A DNA stretch of 64,000 nt from Myxococcota bacterium. GTDB taxonomy: Bacteria; Myxococcota_A; UBA796; CAJQPC01. Shown here one piece after another: positions 48,156 to 58,902 of this stretch. The stretch's first letter is position 1; every line of letters begins with the position of its first letter. The notes under the pieces were generated by a model. It was not told the origin of the DNA and searched no databases. It worked only from the letters and a program-made list of their open reading frames with translations. The DNA is taken from NCBI GenBank assembly GCA_036229005.1, contig JAZAMN010000020.1, forward strand, positions 32,001 through 96,000, read 5' to 3'. Position numbers and translations under genes: made by a program.

Positions 48156-49073
48156 TCAAGCAGCCGCGTTCGGGGGATTGAGCTGCAACGCGCAGCGCTC
48201 CATGACCTGTTCCAGGACCGCATCATCCACGCCCAGATAGTCCTGGGCCCGCTGCAGGCGCTCCGCATCCAGGTAGGGCCCCCAGGCCGGGTCGTGACAG
48301 CCCAGGTGGGTGCCCATGCGCAGCGACAGCCCCTCCGCGACGGTCAGGCTGGCAATCAGCAGCGCCTGGGGATGGTGCGGATCCAGGTCGTGGTGGTGCG
48401 CGATGACCTCGAGCACCTCCTCCGGCAGCTCCCACTCCCGACCGACCACCATGGCGGCGTCCTCGTGCACCCGCAGCATGGCGGGCCAGAGCGAGCGCAG
48501 CGAGGGCGCGCCTTCGGGGAGCTCACCAAAGACCAGCAGCGTCGCGGCGATGCCCATGTCGGCCAGCAGCCCGCACATGTAGGTGAAGGTCTGTTCGCCC
48601 CCGGTGACCCGCGCCAGCTCCTGCGCGATGGTGCCCAGCGCCTGGCTGTGCTGGAAGAGCGCGTCCAGCTCCGACTGATAGGCCGGCGTCCGGAACACGC
48701 GCGTGCGCAGGGAGACCGTCATCACGACGTCGCGGATCCCCCGCAGGCCCAAGCGGGTCAGCGCCTGCCGGATGGACCGGATCGGCGAGCGCGCCCCCAT
48801 CAGCGGGGAGTTCGCGGCGCGGAGGATCTGCGCGGTCAGCAGCGGATCTTCGGAGAGCACCGGCTCCAGGTCCCGCGAGAAGTCCATGGTGATCGGCGCT
48901 TGAGAGAGCCGCAGCACCTCCATCGCCACCCGAGGGAGCAGCGGCGGGGTGTAGCTGGGACGCTTGAAGGTCCCGGCCAGCGCCTCCACCACCTGTTCCG
49001 TCGACATGGTCGTCGGGTCCATCCCCCCCGCCAAGACGACGAATGCCTTTCCGTTGCTAGACCGTGCAGCCAT
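48156..49073 (-). CDS. HDOD-domain protein
   Basis: PPLLPRVA, DPLLTAQILRAANS, IRQALTRLG, GLLADMG, W.LP....VIAHHH. Confidence 0.88.
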   Translation of the reverse strand: MAARSSNGKAFVVLAGGMDPTTMSTEQVVEALAGTFKRPSYTPPLLPRVAMEVLRLSQAPITMDFSRDLEPVLSEDPLLTAQILRAANSPLMGARSPIRSIRQALTRLGLRGIRDVVMTVSLRTRVFRTPAYQSELDALFQHSQALGTIAQELARVTGGEQTFTYMCGLLADMGIAATLLVFGELPEGAPSLRSLWPAMLRVHEDAAMVVGREWELPEEVLEVIAHHHDLDPHHPQALLIASLTVAEGLSLRMGTHLGCHDPAWGPYLDAERLQRAQDYLGVDDAVLEQVMERCALQLNPPNAAA

Positions 49074-49204
49074 GGCCAGAGCCTCCAGTGCCACAACAAA
49101 CGGCCCCGGAGGCAGCAACCTTGAGCCCCGATTCGGGTTCGGAGAGAGGTGGCTGGGATCTGGCGCAGACCATCGGAGTCCACCCCCCCGATCGGACAGG
49201 GCGC

Positions 49205-50587
49205 TCAGACCATGGAATGGGGATCCAGCGCATCGGCGAGGACATCGGCAGACAAGCTCCCCTCCTCCAGCGCCTGCTCCCGCACGCTGCGCCCGCTCTC
49301 CAGGGCCCGCTTGGCCAGCGCAGCGGCGGCGTCGTAGCCAAGCTGAGGCACCAGCGCAGTCACCAGCGACAGGTTGCGCTCCAGGGTGGCCTCGCAGCGC
49401 GCCCGATCGGCCTCCAGCCCCGCAATACAGCGGTCCGCGAACACCCGGGCTCCCTGGGTCAGCAGCTCGATGGACTCCAGCAGCCGGGCCGCCAGCAGCG
49501 GCAGCATCGCGTTGAGCTGGAGCTGCCCACCGGCGCCGCAGAGCCCCACCGTGACGTCGTTGCCCTGCACCTGCGCAGCGACCATCACCAGCATCTCGCA
49601 GTGCACAGGGTTCACCTTGCCCGGCATGATCGAGCTGCCAGGCTGTACGGCCGGCAGCTTGAGCTCCGCCAGGCCCGTGCGCGGACCGCTGCCGAGCAGC
49701 CGGATGTCGTTGGCGATCTTGGAGAGCGCGACGGCCACCGCGCGGAGCTGCCCGTGGGCCTCCACCGCCGCGTCCTGCGCGGACTGCGCCTGAAAGTGAT
49801 CCGCCGCCTCGACGAAGGGGAGATCCGTCTCCTCCGCGATGCGGCGTACAGCCAGCTCCGCAAAGCCCTCGGGGCAGTTCAGCCCGGTCCCCACCGCGGT
49901 GCCCCCCAGCGCCAAGGGCATCAGCACATCGAGCGCGCGCTCGCAGCGGTCCACCGAAGCCGAGATCTGGGCCGCGTAGCCCCCAAACACCTGTCCCAGC
50001 CGCACCGGCGTGGCGTCCATCAGGTGGGTGCGGCCGCTCATCACGATGTCCTGCCAGGCCGCCGCCTTGGCCGCCAGTGCCTCCTCCAGGTGCTGGAGCG
50101 CGGGGATCAGGTCCTGGTGCAGCGCCAGCGCGCCGCTCAGGTGCAAGGCCGTGGGGATCACGTCGTTGCTGGACTGGCTCATGTTGACGTGGTCGTTGGG
50201 GTGCACCGGCTGGCGGGAGCCCAGCTCTCCGCCCATCAGCTCGCTGGCGCGGTTCCCGATGACCTCGTTTGCGTTCATGTTGGTCGAGGTGCCCGAGCCG
50301 GTCTGGAAGATGTCGATGGGGAAGTGATCGTCCCAGTCACCATCGATCACCTCCTGAGCCGCTGCCTGGATCCACTCCGCCATCTCCACCTCGATGAGCC
50401 CGAGGTCTTCGTTGGCCTGACAGGCGCTCTTCTTGACCAGCCCCAGGGCCTGGACGAAGCGCACAGGCATGGGCCGACCGCTGATCGGGAAGTTCTGCAG
50501 GGCGCGCTGGGTCTGGGCCCCGTAGTAGGCCTTGGCGGGGACGCGGAGCGCCCCCAGCGAGTCGGACTCGGTGCGGTATGCGGGCAC
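49205..50587 (-). CDS. fumC: Class II fumarate hydratase
   Basis: GSGTSTNMNANE, SQSSND, GRTHLMDA, GSSIMPGKVNP. Confidence 0.93.
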   Translation of the reverse strand: MPAYRTESDSLGALRVPAKAYYGAQTQRALQNFPISGRPMPVRFVQALGLVKKSACQANEDLGLIEVEMAEWIQAAAQEVIDGDWDDHFPIDIFQTGSGTSTNMNANEVIGNRASELMGGELGSRQPVHPNDHVNMSQSSNDVIPTALHLSGALALHQDLIPALQHLEEALAAKAAAWQDIVMSGRTHLMDATPVRLGQVFGGYAAQISASVDRCERALDVLMPLALGGTAVGTGLNCPEGFAELAVRRIAEETDLPFVEAADHFQAQSAQDAAVEAHGQLRAVAVALSKIANDIRLLGSGPRTGLAELKLPAVQPGSSIMPGKVNPVHCEMLVMVAAQVQGNDVTVGLCGAGGQLQLNAMLPLLAARLLESIELLTQGARVFADRCIAGLEADRARCEATLERNLSLVTALVPQLGYDAAAALAKRALESGRSVREQALEEGSLSADVLADALDPHSMV

Positions 50588-50650
50588 GTGATGCTCTCCG
50601 GGCAGGGTTGCATGGGGAGGTTAATGCGGGCGCCTTGCACGGGAAGCCCG

Positions 50651-51316
50651 ATGTCCGAGATCCCCATCGCCGAGCGCCTCCGCCTCTCCGAGGTCTACCT
50701 CTCCGTCCAGGGCGAGAGCTCCAAGGCCGGCCTGCCTTGCGTGTTCATCCGCCTGACCGGCTGCAACCTGCGCTGTAGCTGGTGCGACTCGGAGTACACC
50801 TTCACCGGCGGCGAGCACCGCAGCATCGACGACGTGGTAGCCGAGGCCCTGGCCTTTGGGGTCCCCATGATCGAGGTGACCGGCGGCGAGCCCCTGGCCC
50901 AGCGCCAGTGCATCCCCCTGCTGGAGCGCCTGGTGGCCGCTGGCGCGGAGGTGCTCCTGGAGACCTCGGGGAGCATCGACATCCAACCGGTGCCCTCGCC
51001 GGTGCGCGTGATCCTGGATCTGAAGCCGCCCGGATCTGGAGAGGTGGGGAAGAATCGCTGGGAGAACCTGGATCACCTCCTCCCCCACCACGAGATCAAG
51101 TTCGTGATCGCCGATCGGCAGGACTACGAGTGGTCCCGCGAGGTCATCCGGGAGCACAGCCTGGCCGACAAGGTCGACGAGATCCTGCTCTCCGCCGTGT
51201 TCGGGGAGCTGGAGCCGGCCACCTTGGTGGAGTGGATGCTGGAAGACCGCCTGCCCGCCCGCCTGAACCTGCAGCAGCACAAGGTGATCTGGCCGGCCGC
51301 CCAGCGCGGGGTCTGA
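50651..51316 (+). CDS. queE: 7-carboxy-7-deazaguanine synthase (radical SAM)
   Basis: SVQGES, FIRLTGCNLRCSWCD, TGGEPL, LETSG, QQHK. Confidence 0.9.
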   Translation: MSEIPIAERLRLSEVYLSVQGESSKAGLPCVFIRLTGCNLRCSWCDSEYTFTGGEHRSIDDVVAEALAFGVPMIEVTGGEPLAQRQCIPLLERLVAAGAEVLLETSGSIDIQPVPSPVRVILDLKPPGSGEVGKNRWENLDHLLPHHEIKFVIADRQDYEWSREVIREHSLADKVDEILLSAVFGELEPATLVEWMLEDRLPARLNLQQHKVIWPAAQRGV

Positions 51317-51394
51317 GGCGCCAGAACACAGCCCGCCAGAGCACAAAGGCCGCCGCCCCGGAGGACGACGGCCCTTGAGGCGGACGCGGAAGGC

Positions 51395-52168
51395 TCAGAC
51401 GGTCAGGCCGATCTGCGCGCGCATGCCGTCACCCAGGGTGCTGACCTGGCCCCAGAAGTGGTTCCAGCTCGCGTTGTCGAGCAGGTCACCGCCAAAGTAG
51501 CGGGGGGGCTTGACGACGGGGTAGCCGTCGGGCTGGACGGCGAGCTCGACGCGGACCTTCTCGATCTCGTCGCGCATCTCCTCGAGCATCACGGTCTTCT
51601 CGCGGATCAGCTTGGGGAAGGGCTGCATGGCGGTGATGAAGGCCTCGGGAGACTCGGCGGCCTCGGAGACGGCCTCCATCCAGCGGCCGGTCACGAGCTG
51701 CAGGATGTTGCGGTAGTCGCGGAAGCCGCGGTTGAGGAGCTCGCGGGTCTTGCCCCACTCCTCGGGGCTCAGGACCTCCTGCTGGCCCAGGAGCCACAGG
51801 ATGCGCTGCATGCGGAGCTTGGCGAAGTCGGCCTGGGCGGCGAAGATCAGCATGACGGACTCGACGCCGTCGGTGCCGGGGTGGCTGATGTGCCACTTGA
51901 CCTTGCGCTGGTTGCGCTCCAGGTACTTGGTGACGCCCGCCATCTCGGCGTGCTCGAAGTCGATGGAGCGGGCGGACTGGATGGCCTCGTCGCCGAAGGC
52001 GCCGGGCTTCTCCTCGGCCCAGGTCCGGGGCAGGGACAGCCGGCCGAAGTACTCCATGATCCGATCGCTGTCCTGCTCAGCGAAGATCGCGGTGGTGTTC
52101 GCGACGTAGTCCTCTTCCGAGTGGGTGGCGATGCGAACGAGACTGGCGATGGTAGGGGGCTTGGCCAT
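51395..52168 (-). CDS. Hypothetical protein
   Basis: ATG at 52168 with GGAG RBS; strongly host-like codons. Confidence 0.7.
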   Translation of the reverse strand: MAKPPTIASLVRIATHSEEDYVANTTAIFAEQDSDRIMEYFGRLSLPRTWAEEKPGAFGDEAIQSARSIDFEHAEMAGVTKYLERNQRKVKWHISHPGTDGVESVMLIFAAQADFAKLRMQRILWLLGQQEVLSPEEWGKTRELLNRGFRDYRNILQLVTGRWMEAVSEAAESPEAFITAMQPFPKLIREKTVMLEEMRDEIEKVRVELAVQPDGYPVVKPPRYFGGDLLDNASWNHFWGQVSTLGDGMRAQIGLTV

Positions 52169-52170
52169 CA

Positions 52171-52629
<459 letters not shown>

Positions 52630-52721
52630 TCAGCCCGCCCGGGCCTAAAGCTCTGCGCCAAATCTCCGTTTGGAGGGTGGAGGCTCCCCCCCGACAACCC
52701 GGGGGAGCAGGAGGTAGGCCC

Positions 52722-53090
52722 ATGGGCAAGAAGATCTTGGTCGTCGACGACTCGTCCACTGTCCGTCAGCAGGTGCGCATCGCGCTGAGCCAGGCGGGCT
52801 TTCAGGTCATGGAGGCCGTCGACGGCATGGACGGGCAGCAGAAGATCGCCAGCAACAGCGACCTGTCGATGGTGATCTGCGACGTCAACATGCCCCGCAT
52901 GAACGGCCTGCAGATGCTCCAGGCCATCAAGACCGCGGGCACGGCACCCAACGTGCCCATCGTCATGCTGACCTCCGAGGCCCAGCCGGCGCTGATCCGC
53001 CAGGCCAAGGCCAACGGCGCGAAGGGCTGGATCGTCAAGCCCTTCAAGGCCGAAATGCTGGTCGCTGCGGTCAAGAAGCTCGCAGCCTGA
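52722..53090 (+). CDS. CheY-like stand-alone response regulator
   Basis: ILVVDDS, ICDVNMP, MLTSE, GWIVKPF. Confidence 0.93.
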   Translation: MGKKILVVDDSSTVRQQVRIALSQAGFQVMEAVDGMDGQQKIASNSDLSMVICDVNMPRMNGLQMLQAIKTAGTAPNVPIVMLTSEAQPALIRQAKANGAKGWIVKPFKAEMLVAAVKKLAA

Positions 53091-53091
53091 C

Positions 53092-53694
53092 GTGCAGGTC
53101 CCCTTCGCCAACCGAGGGCGCCTTGGGCGCCTGGTGCTGGGTGTGTGGGCACCGATGATCGCCATCATCTGCGCCTACCAGCTCGGCAGTCACCTGCTCA
53201 CACTCCCGGTCCCCGAGGTCAACGACCCCGACGTCCAGCGCGCCCTGGCTCAGACCCGGCACCTGGACGAGACGGGCGAGTGGATGCTCGTGCACGTGCT
53301 CTACACCGACTGCAACTGCTCGGTGCGCGTGGCCCGGTATCTGGTGGAGGAGCCCCGACCCGAGGGGCTTGTGGAGAAGCTGGTCCTCGTCGGAGAGGAC
53401 CCCGAGCTCGCGGCGAAGGCCCAAGCCGCCGGATTCGAGCTCTACCAGACCGACGAAGCCGGTCTGGGCACGCAGTGGCACATGGAGGCCGCCCCCGTGC
53501 TGGCCGTCGTGGACCCTGCAAACCAGGTCCAGTACCTGGGCGGCTACACCGATCGGAAGCAAGGCGCGGCCATCCGGGATCTGGAGATCCTGGGCGATCT
53601 GCAGTCCACGCGGCCTGTCGCCGCGCTCCCCCTCTTTGGCTGCGCCGTCAGCCAGACCCTCCAACGAGCGGTGGACCCCCTGGGTCTGCGCTGA
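53092..53694 (+). CDS. Membrane-anchored thioredoxin-fold-like protein
   Basis: N-terminal TM; HVLYTDCNCS; AAP.L.V.DP...V.Y.GGY; FGCAV. Confidence 0.65.
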   Translation: MQVPFANRGRLGRLVLGVWAPMIAIICAYQLGSHLLTLPVPEVNDPDVQRALAQTRHLDETGEWMLVHVLYTDCNCSVRVARYLVEEPRPEGLVEKLVLVGEDPELAAKAQAAGFELYQTDEAGLGTQWHMEAAPVLAVVDPANQVQYLGGYTDRKQGAAIRDLEILGDLQSTRPVAALPLFGCAVSQTLQRAVDPLGLR

Positions 53695-53704
53695 GGTTCC
53701 TGTC

Positions 53705-55651
53705 ATGCTGGATAGTCTCAAGAAGGTGCTGCTCCTTCCTGACGAGGTCTCCGACGTCGAGCGCGCCCACCTGGAGCGCGTGAACCGGATCGTGATGGGC
53801 TTCTTCGCCCTCCACATCCCGGTGTTCATGTTTGTCGCCTGGGCCTGCGACACCGGCGTGATGAACGCCTTCGGGCTGACCACCCTGGCCTTGGTGGGCC
53901 CCCTGGTCGCCTGGAAGACGATGCCTCCCCGGACGGCCTCGCTGGTGTTCGCCTTCACGACCATGTGTCTGGGCGGCCTGCTGGTGCACTTTGGCCAGGG
54001 CCCCATGCAGATCGAGATGCACTTCTACTTCTTTGTGCTGCTGGGCCTGCTGGCGATCTACGCCAACCCGATGGTCATCGTCGTGGGCGCGGCCACCATC
54101 GCCGTGCACCACCTGCTGCTCTACTTCCTGCTGCCCAGCAGCGTGTTCAACTACAACGCCAGCATCTGGGTCGTGTTGGTGCACGCGCTGTTCGTGGTCC
54201 TGCAGACCCCGGCGGCCATCGCGATCGCCCGCGGCTTCTTCGACAACGTCATCGGCCTGGAGAAGATCGTCCGCGAGCGCACCGCCGCCCTGGACGCGCG
54301 CAACGAGGACATGCACCTGCTGCTGGACAACTGCGGCCAGGGCTTCTTGACCCTGGACCTGAGCGGCGGGATCTCCGCCGAGCGCAGCGCCGCCGTGGCG
54401 GGCTGGCTGGGCGACGCGCCGGCGGGCACCCCCTTCTGGCAGCTCCTGGAGGAGCGCGCTCCCAAGGCCGCCATGTGGTTCGAGCTGGCCTGGGAGTCCC
54501 TCGCCGATGGGCTGATGCCTCTGGAGCTGTGCCTGGACCAGCTCCCCGGAGAGGTGCGGCTCGGTGATGAGGTCATCCAGCTCGACTTCACCCCCCTGCT
54601 CTCCGCGGACGGCGAGCTCGACCGCCTGCTCGTGGTCATGACCGACGTCACCGCGGCCCGGGCCCGGGCCCTCGCCGAGCGGCGGCAGCAGGAGGTCCTG
54701 GCGGTGTTCCAGCGCGTGTTGGAGGACCGCGCCGGCTTCCTGGAGTTCGTGGACGAGGGCGAGCGCCTGATGGACCAGATCTCCGACCCGCAGACCCCGG
54801 TCGACCTGCTGCAGCGGGCCACCCACACCCTCAAGGGCACCAGCTCCATCTTTGGCCTGGAGACCCTGGCGGAGCACTGCCACGCGGTCGAGAGCCACGT
54901 GGTGGAGTCCGGCGACCGCCCCGACGACAGCCTGCTGACCCCCATCCAGAACATCTGGAGCGCCTTCCGCCACGACCTGGGTCAGATGGTGGGCGAGCAG
55001 GACCGCGGCACCGTCGAGCTGCGCCCCGAGGAGTACGCCGCCACCCTGCGCGCCGTGCTGCAGGGCACCCCTCACCAGGACCTGGCCGAGCGCATCGCCG
55101 GCTGGCGACTGGAGACCACCGACCAGCGCCTGGAGCGCCTCGCCACGCAGGCCAAGCGCATCGCCGCGCGGCTGGGCAAGGACGTGGACGTCCACGTCGA
55201 GGGCCACGACCTGCGCCTCCACCCGGAGACCTGGTCCGAGTTCTGGGCCGCGTTCATCCACGCCATCCGCAACGCGGTGGACCACGGCGTCGAAGAGAGC
55301 GGCGAGCTGGTGATCGCCACCCGGACCACCGGGGACGTCTTCGTGGTCGAGCTGCGGGACGACGGCCCCGGCGTGAACTGGACCAAGGTGAAGGAGCTGG
55401 CCGAGCAGCGCGGCATCCCCCACGAGACCCCCCAGGACCTCCAGGACGCGCTGTTCAGCGACGGCCTGAGCACCCGGGAGGAGGTCACCGAGACCAGCGG
55501 ACGCGGCGTCGGGATGGCGGCCCTCAAGGCGGTCACCCTGCAGCGCGGGGGTCGCATCGAGGTGGACTCCACCCCGGGCAATGGCACCACCTTCCGCTTT
55601 GTGTTCCCCCAGGACACCATGGCCCCAGAGCCCGAAGCCATGGCCGCCTGA
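53705..55651 (+). CDS. CheA-like kinase (Hpt + HATPase) fused to a multi-TM sensor
   Basis: TM domain with EMHFYFF, VHH, VHA; Hpt HTLKG; HAIRNAVDHG, DDGPG, SGRGVGM. No CheW domain. Confidence 0.85.
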   Translation: MLDSLKKVLLLPDEVSDVERAHLERVNRIVMGFFALHIPVFMFVAWACDTGVMNAFGLTTLALVGPLVAWKTMPPRTASLVFAFTTMCLGGLLVHFGQGPMQIEMHFYFFVLLGLLAIYANPMVIVVGAATIAVHHLLLYFLLPSSVFNYNASIWVVLVHALFVVLQTPAAIAIARGFFDNVIGLEKIVRERTAALDARNEDMHLLLDNCGQGFLTLDLSGGISAERSAAVAGWLGDAPAGTPFWQLLEERAPKAAMWFELAWESLADGLMPLELCLDQLPGEVRLGDEVIQLDFTPLLSADGELDRLLVVMTDVTAARARALAERRQQEVLAVFQRVLEDRAGFLEFVDEGERLMDQISDPQTPVDLLQRATHTLKGTSSIFGLETLAEHCHAVESHVVESGDRPDDSLLTPIQNIWSAFRHDLGQMVGEQDRGTVELRPEEYAATLRAVLQGTPHQDLAERIAGWRLETTDQRLERLATQAKRIAARLGKDVDVHVEGHDLRLHPETWSEFWAAFIHAIRNAVDHGVEESGELVIATRTTGDVFVVELRDDGPGVNWTKVKELAEQRGIPHETPQDLQDALFSDGLSTREEVTETSGRGVGMAALKAVTLQRGGRIEVDSTPGNGTTFRFVFPQDTMAPEPEAMAA

Positions 55652-55687
55652 GGCCGCAGTGGGCGGCGGCGGAGGTAGACTCGGCGC

Positions 55688-56647
55688 ATGAACATCGCGC
55701 CCCTCCTCCGCCGCTTCCAGGCCCTCTGCAGCCCCGAGCTCCCCGAGTTCGTCGCCCGCCGCAGCGGCAGCCCAGGCCCCCACCTGACCCTCTGCTGCCT
55801 GACCCACGGCGACGAGACCGGCAGCCTCCCCGCGGCGATCGAGCTGTTGGAGTCCCTGGACGGGGGGCGGCCCCTGGTCGGCTCCCTGACCGTGATCCTG
55901 GGCAACCCCCGCGCCGCCCAGGCCGGCGTCCGCTTCACCGAGGCGGACCTGAACCGGGTCTTCCTGCCCGGCCCCGACAGCTACGAGCGCCGCCGCGCCG
56001 CCGCCCTGATGCCCCTGCTGGCTCAGGCCGACGTGGTGGTCGACATCCACCAGACCATCGGGCCCACCGCGCACCCCTTCCACATCCACCCCTGGTCGCC
56101 GCGCCTGGAGCTGTGGGCGCGCATCCTCCAGGGCGCCGAGCACTGGGTCACCCGCCCCCTGGGCGAGTCCTTCGCCAGCGGCACCTGCTGCCTGGACGAG
56201 TACGTCCGCAACCAGCACATCCCCGCCCTGACCATCGAGCTCGGCCAACAGGGCATCGACGCCCGCACCACCACCCTGGCCGCCGCCGTCATGGAGCGCG
56301 CCCTGGCCGCCACCGCCGCGATGGCCCAGGGCCAGGACCTGGAGGCCCTCACCCACAGCGCGCCCCCCGTGCAGCACTGGCGCACCGTCCACAAGGAGCC
56401 CTACGCCAGCCCCGCGCTGCGCCTGCGCCCCGGCCTCCGCAACTTCGAGCGGGTCCAGGCCGGCGAGCTCCTGAGCGCCCCCGACAGCCCCGAGCTCCGC
56501 GCCCCCTGCGCCGGCGCCCTGCTCTTCCCCAAATACCCGCCCCGCGACGCCCAGGGAGCGCCCACCGGCCCCCTCCCGGTCGACATCTTCCACCTGCTCA
56601 CGCCGATGGAGCAGCACCCGGCGACCCTGGGGTGGCCCGCGCTCTGA
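55688..56647 (+). CDS. Succinylglutamate desuccinylase/aspartoacylase family protein
   Basis: THGDE, GNP, DLNRVF, DIHQT, TIELG. Confidence 0.88.
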   Translation: MNIAPLLRRFQALCSPELPEFVARRSGSPGPHLTLCCLTHGDETGSLPAAIELLESLDGGRPLVGSLTVILGNPRAAQAGVRFTEADLNRVFLPGPDSYERRRAAALMPLLAQADVVVDIHQTIGPTAHPFHIHPWSPRLELWARILQGAEHWVTRPLGESFASGTCCLDEYVRNQHIPALTIELGQQGIDARTTTLAAAVMERALAATAAMAQGQDLEALTHSAPPVQHWRTVHKEPYASPALRLRPGLRNFERVQAGELLSAPDSPELRAPCAGALLFPKYPPRDAQGAPTGPLPVDIFHLLTPMEQHPATLGWPAL

Positions 56648-58433
56648 GGCGCTCCAGCGCCGGCCCAAAGCCGTGCACAGGCATGTCGGCCACCGCCCGC
56701 TCCAGCTTCAGCAGGTCCTCGCTTGCGGCCTCGGTGTCGCCGGATTCCAGGGCGAGCTCCAGCCCGATGAGTTGGGCCCAGGGGTCTCCAGGGCGCTCCA
56801 GCTCCACCTCCTCCAGCAGCGCCTTGGCCGACTCCAGCTCGCCGCTCCGGACCTGGATCCAGGCCTCCAGCGCGCCAATCAGCGGGTCATCGTCCGCCGC
56901 TCTGGCCTGCTCTGCCGCCTCGCGCGCGCCCTCCAGGTCCCCCTGCTCCAGCCGGGCCCGCCCCAGGCAGACGTAGCCCGCGTGGTCGTTCGGGAGCGCC
57001 TGGATCACCGCCTGCGCCGCCTGGGCCGCCAGCTCCGGGGTCCGGAAGAGGCTCAGGGAGGAGAGGCTGAGGCCTGCCTGCGGAAATCGGGGGCACAACG
57101 CCAACAGATCCCGGTCCGTCCCCACCTCTCCAAGCACCCACCCGCAGACGAGGACATCGTGCGTCAGGCTGGGCTCCTTGGAGATCCGGGCGCCCTGCTC
57201 CGCCCACAACCCCCACACCCAGGCAAAGTCCCGGCGGTGCACGGCCTCCTGGATCTGCTTGCGCAGGCGGTGGGTGCGGCGGAAGCGGATGGCGAACACC
57301 ACCACCAGCAGCTCAGCGACCAGGGTCGGCACCAGCCACAGAGGCGACACAGTCCCCTTCACGCTGCCCAGGATCACGCTGACGGCGAGCGCGATGAATA
57401 CCAGCAGCCCGGGGATGAAGTAGCGCTGCACCCACGAGACCGGCTGGCGCCCCCGCCCCTGCTTGAGGGCTCGCCGCGCGCCCAGCGCCAACAGGAAGGG
57501 GGGCACCGCGGCCAGGGTCAGGAAGAAGAAGGGGTTGACCTCGCTTGCGACCAGGAGCCCGAGGGTGCCCAGCAGGACCAGGTTGCCCAGGAGGTGGGCC
57601 ACGCGGTGTCGGGCCGCCAAGGGCTGCGCCTCCCCCAGGGCCTGCAGGCGGATGGGCAGCGGCGGGTGGGTGGCGAGCAGGTAGGCCAGCGGGCCGCGCC
57701 AGCCCTCCAGGGGGACGGGGTGCAGGGCGTGCAGGCGGGTCAGGGCGCTGCGGATGGTGGCGGGGTCGGTGGCCTGGGCGGCGATCCGGTCGCAGAGCAG
57801 CTCGACGGGGCGGGACACCCACACGCGGCTGCCGAAGAAGCCCAGGGCGAAGGCCAGGCCGATGACGGTGACCTCGCGCACGAAGGGCAGCAGCGTGAAG
57901 GCGAGGGCGGCGCCGAGGGGCCAGGGGGCCAGCAACCACCAGAGGCTCCCGGAGCTGTGGTGCCCGAGCTCGTGGCAGGCCAGCGCGTGCTGCTCGTCTT
58001 CGTCCAGGCGGTGCAGCAGACCGTCGGCCAGGATCACGAGCGGCCGACTCAGGTTGGCGGCGAAGGCGTGGACACCGAGCTGCGCGCCGGTAGGAAGGCG
58101 GGCGAGCTCCAGGTCGTGGACGCCCAGTCGCGCCGCGCTGGCCTGGATGCGGGCCTCCAGCGCAGGGGCCCCCAGGGGCACGGGGGTCTGGCGGAGGAGC
58201 TGCTTGGGGCGGCGGAAGAACAGCAGGGTCCAAGTGCCCGCGATCACCGGGACCGAGAGCACCGCCCAGCTCGGCTCCGAGAACAACAAGACGCCGGCCG
58301 GCAGGGACCAGAGCAGCCCGAGCAGACCCGCGTTCTTGAGGGAGCGCCCCCAGCCCGCCTGCTGTCGCAGGCCCAGGATGAGGACGATCAGCGCAAGGAG
58401 CGCCGCGATGGCGAAGGACAGGGCGGAGAACAC
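56598..58433 (-). CDS. M48 family zinc metallopeptidase with C-terminal TPR-like region
   Basis: HELGH, E..CD, THPP...R; several TM segments. Confidence 0.8.
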   Translation of the reverse strand: MFSALSFAIAALLALIVLILGLRQQAGWGRSLKNAGLLGLLWSLPAGVLLFSEPSWAVLSVPVIAGTWTLLFFRRPKQLLRQTPVPLGAPALEARIQASAARLGVHDLELARLPTGAQLGVHAFAANLSRPLVILADGLLHRLDEDEQHALACHELGHHSSGSLWWLLAPWPLGAALAFTLLPFVREVTVIGLAFALGFFGSRVWVSRPVELLCDRIAAQATDPATIRSALTRLHALHPVPLEGWRGPLAYLLATHPPLPIRLQALGEAQPLAARHRVAHLLGNLVLLGTLGLLVASEVNPFFFLTLAAVPPFLLALGARRALKQGRGRQPVSWVQRYFIPGLLVFIALAVSVILGSVKGTVSPLWLVPTLVAELLVVVFAIRFRRTHRLRKQIQEAVHRRDFAWVWGLWAEQGARISKEPSLTHDVLVCGWVLGEVGTDRDLLALCPRFPQAGLSLSSLSLFRTPELAAQAAQAVIQALPNDHAGYVCLGRARLEQGDLEGAREAAEQARAADDDPLIGALEAWIQVRSGELESAKALLEEVELERPGDPWAQLIGLELALESGDTEAASEDLLKLERAVADMPVHGFGPALERLRARATPGSPGAAPSA

Positions 58434-58454
58434 CCTGCCCCCCTAATCATCGGA

Positions 58455-58826
58455 TCAGGCCTCGCCCTGCTGGGCCTCGGCGATCTTGGCGCGCACCTCG
58501 TCCATGTCCAGGTTCTTGACCTGGGTGAGCAGGTCCTCGAAGGCGGCTGCGGGCAGGGCGCCGGCCTGGTTGAAGAGCATGATCTTCTCGCGGAAGACCA
58601 TCAGCGTGGGGATGCTGCGGATCTGGAAGTGGCCGGCCAGGGCGGGCTGCTCTTCGGTGTTGACCTTGGCGTGGACGATGTCGGTGTGCTTGTCGCTGGA
58701 GGCCTCGAGCACGGGCGCGAAGGCCTTGCAGGGGCCGCACCAGCTCGCCCAGAAGTCGACGACCACGATGTCGTTGTTCAGGACGGTCTCTTCAAAGTTC
58801 TCAGCGGTCAGTTCCACAGTGGCCAT
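58455..58826 (-). CDS. trxA: Thioredoxin
   Basis: DFWASWCGPC, IRSIPT. Confidence 0.93.
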   Translation of the reverse strand: MATVELTAENFEETVLNNDIVVVDFWASWCGPCKAFAPVLEASSDKHTDIVHAKVNTEEQPALAGHFQIRSIPTLMVFREKIMLFNQAGALPAAAFEDLLTQVKNLDMDEVRAKIAEAQQGEA

Positions 58827-58902
58827 GGGGGCCTCCAAGTCAAAGGGTGCGGCAAGCGTTCACGCGCTCGCGGGAAAGGGAAGGGGGGGACCCTGAAGAG
58901 GA

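Noticed and set aside
48820..48860. DPLLT in the HDOD protein as another copy of the leader motif
   Set aside because: It is internal and part of the normal HDOD consensus (DP.L...lLr.ANS).
49064..50650. Long N-terminal extension of queE in the 750-aa ORF
   Set aside because: It is antisense to fumC; QueE similarity begins at ATG 50651.
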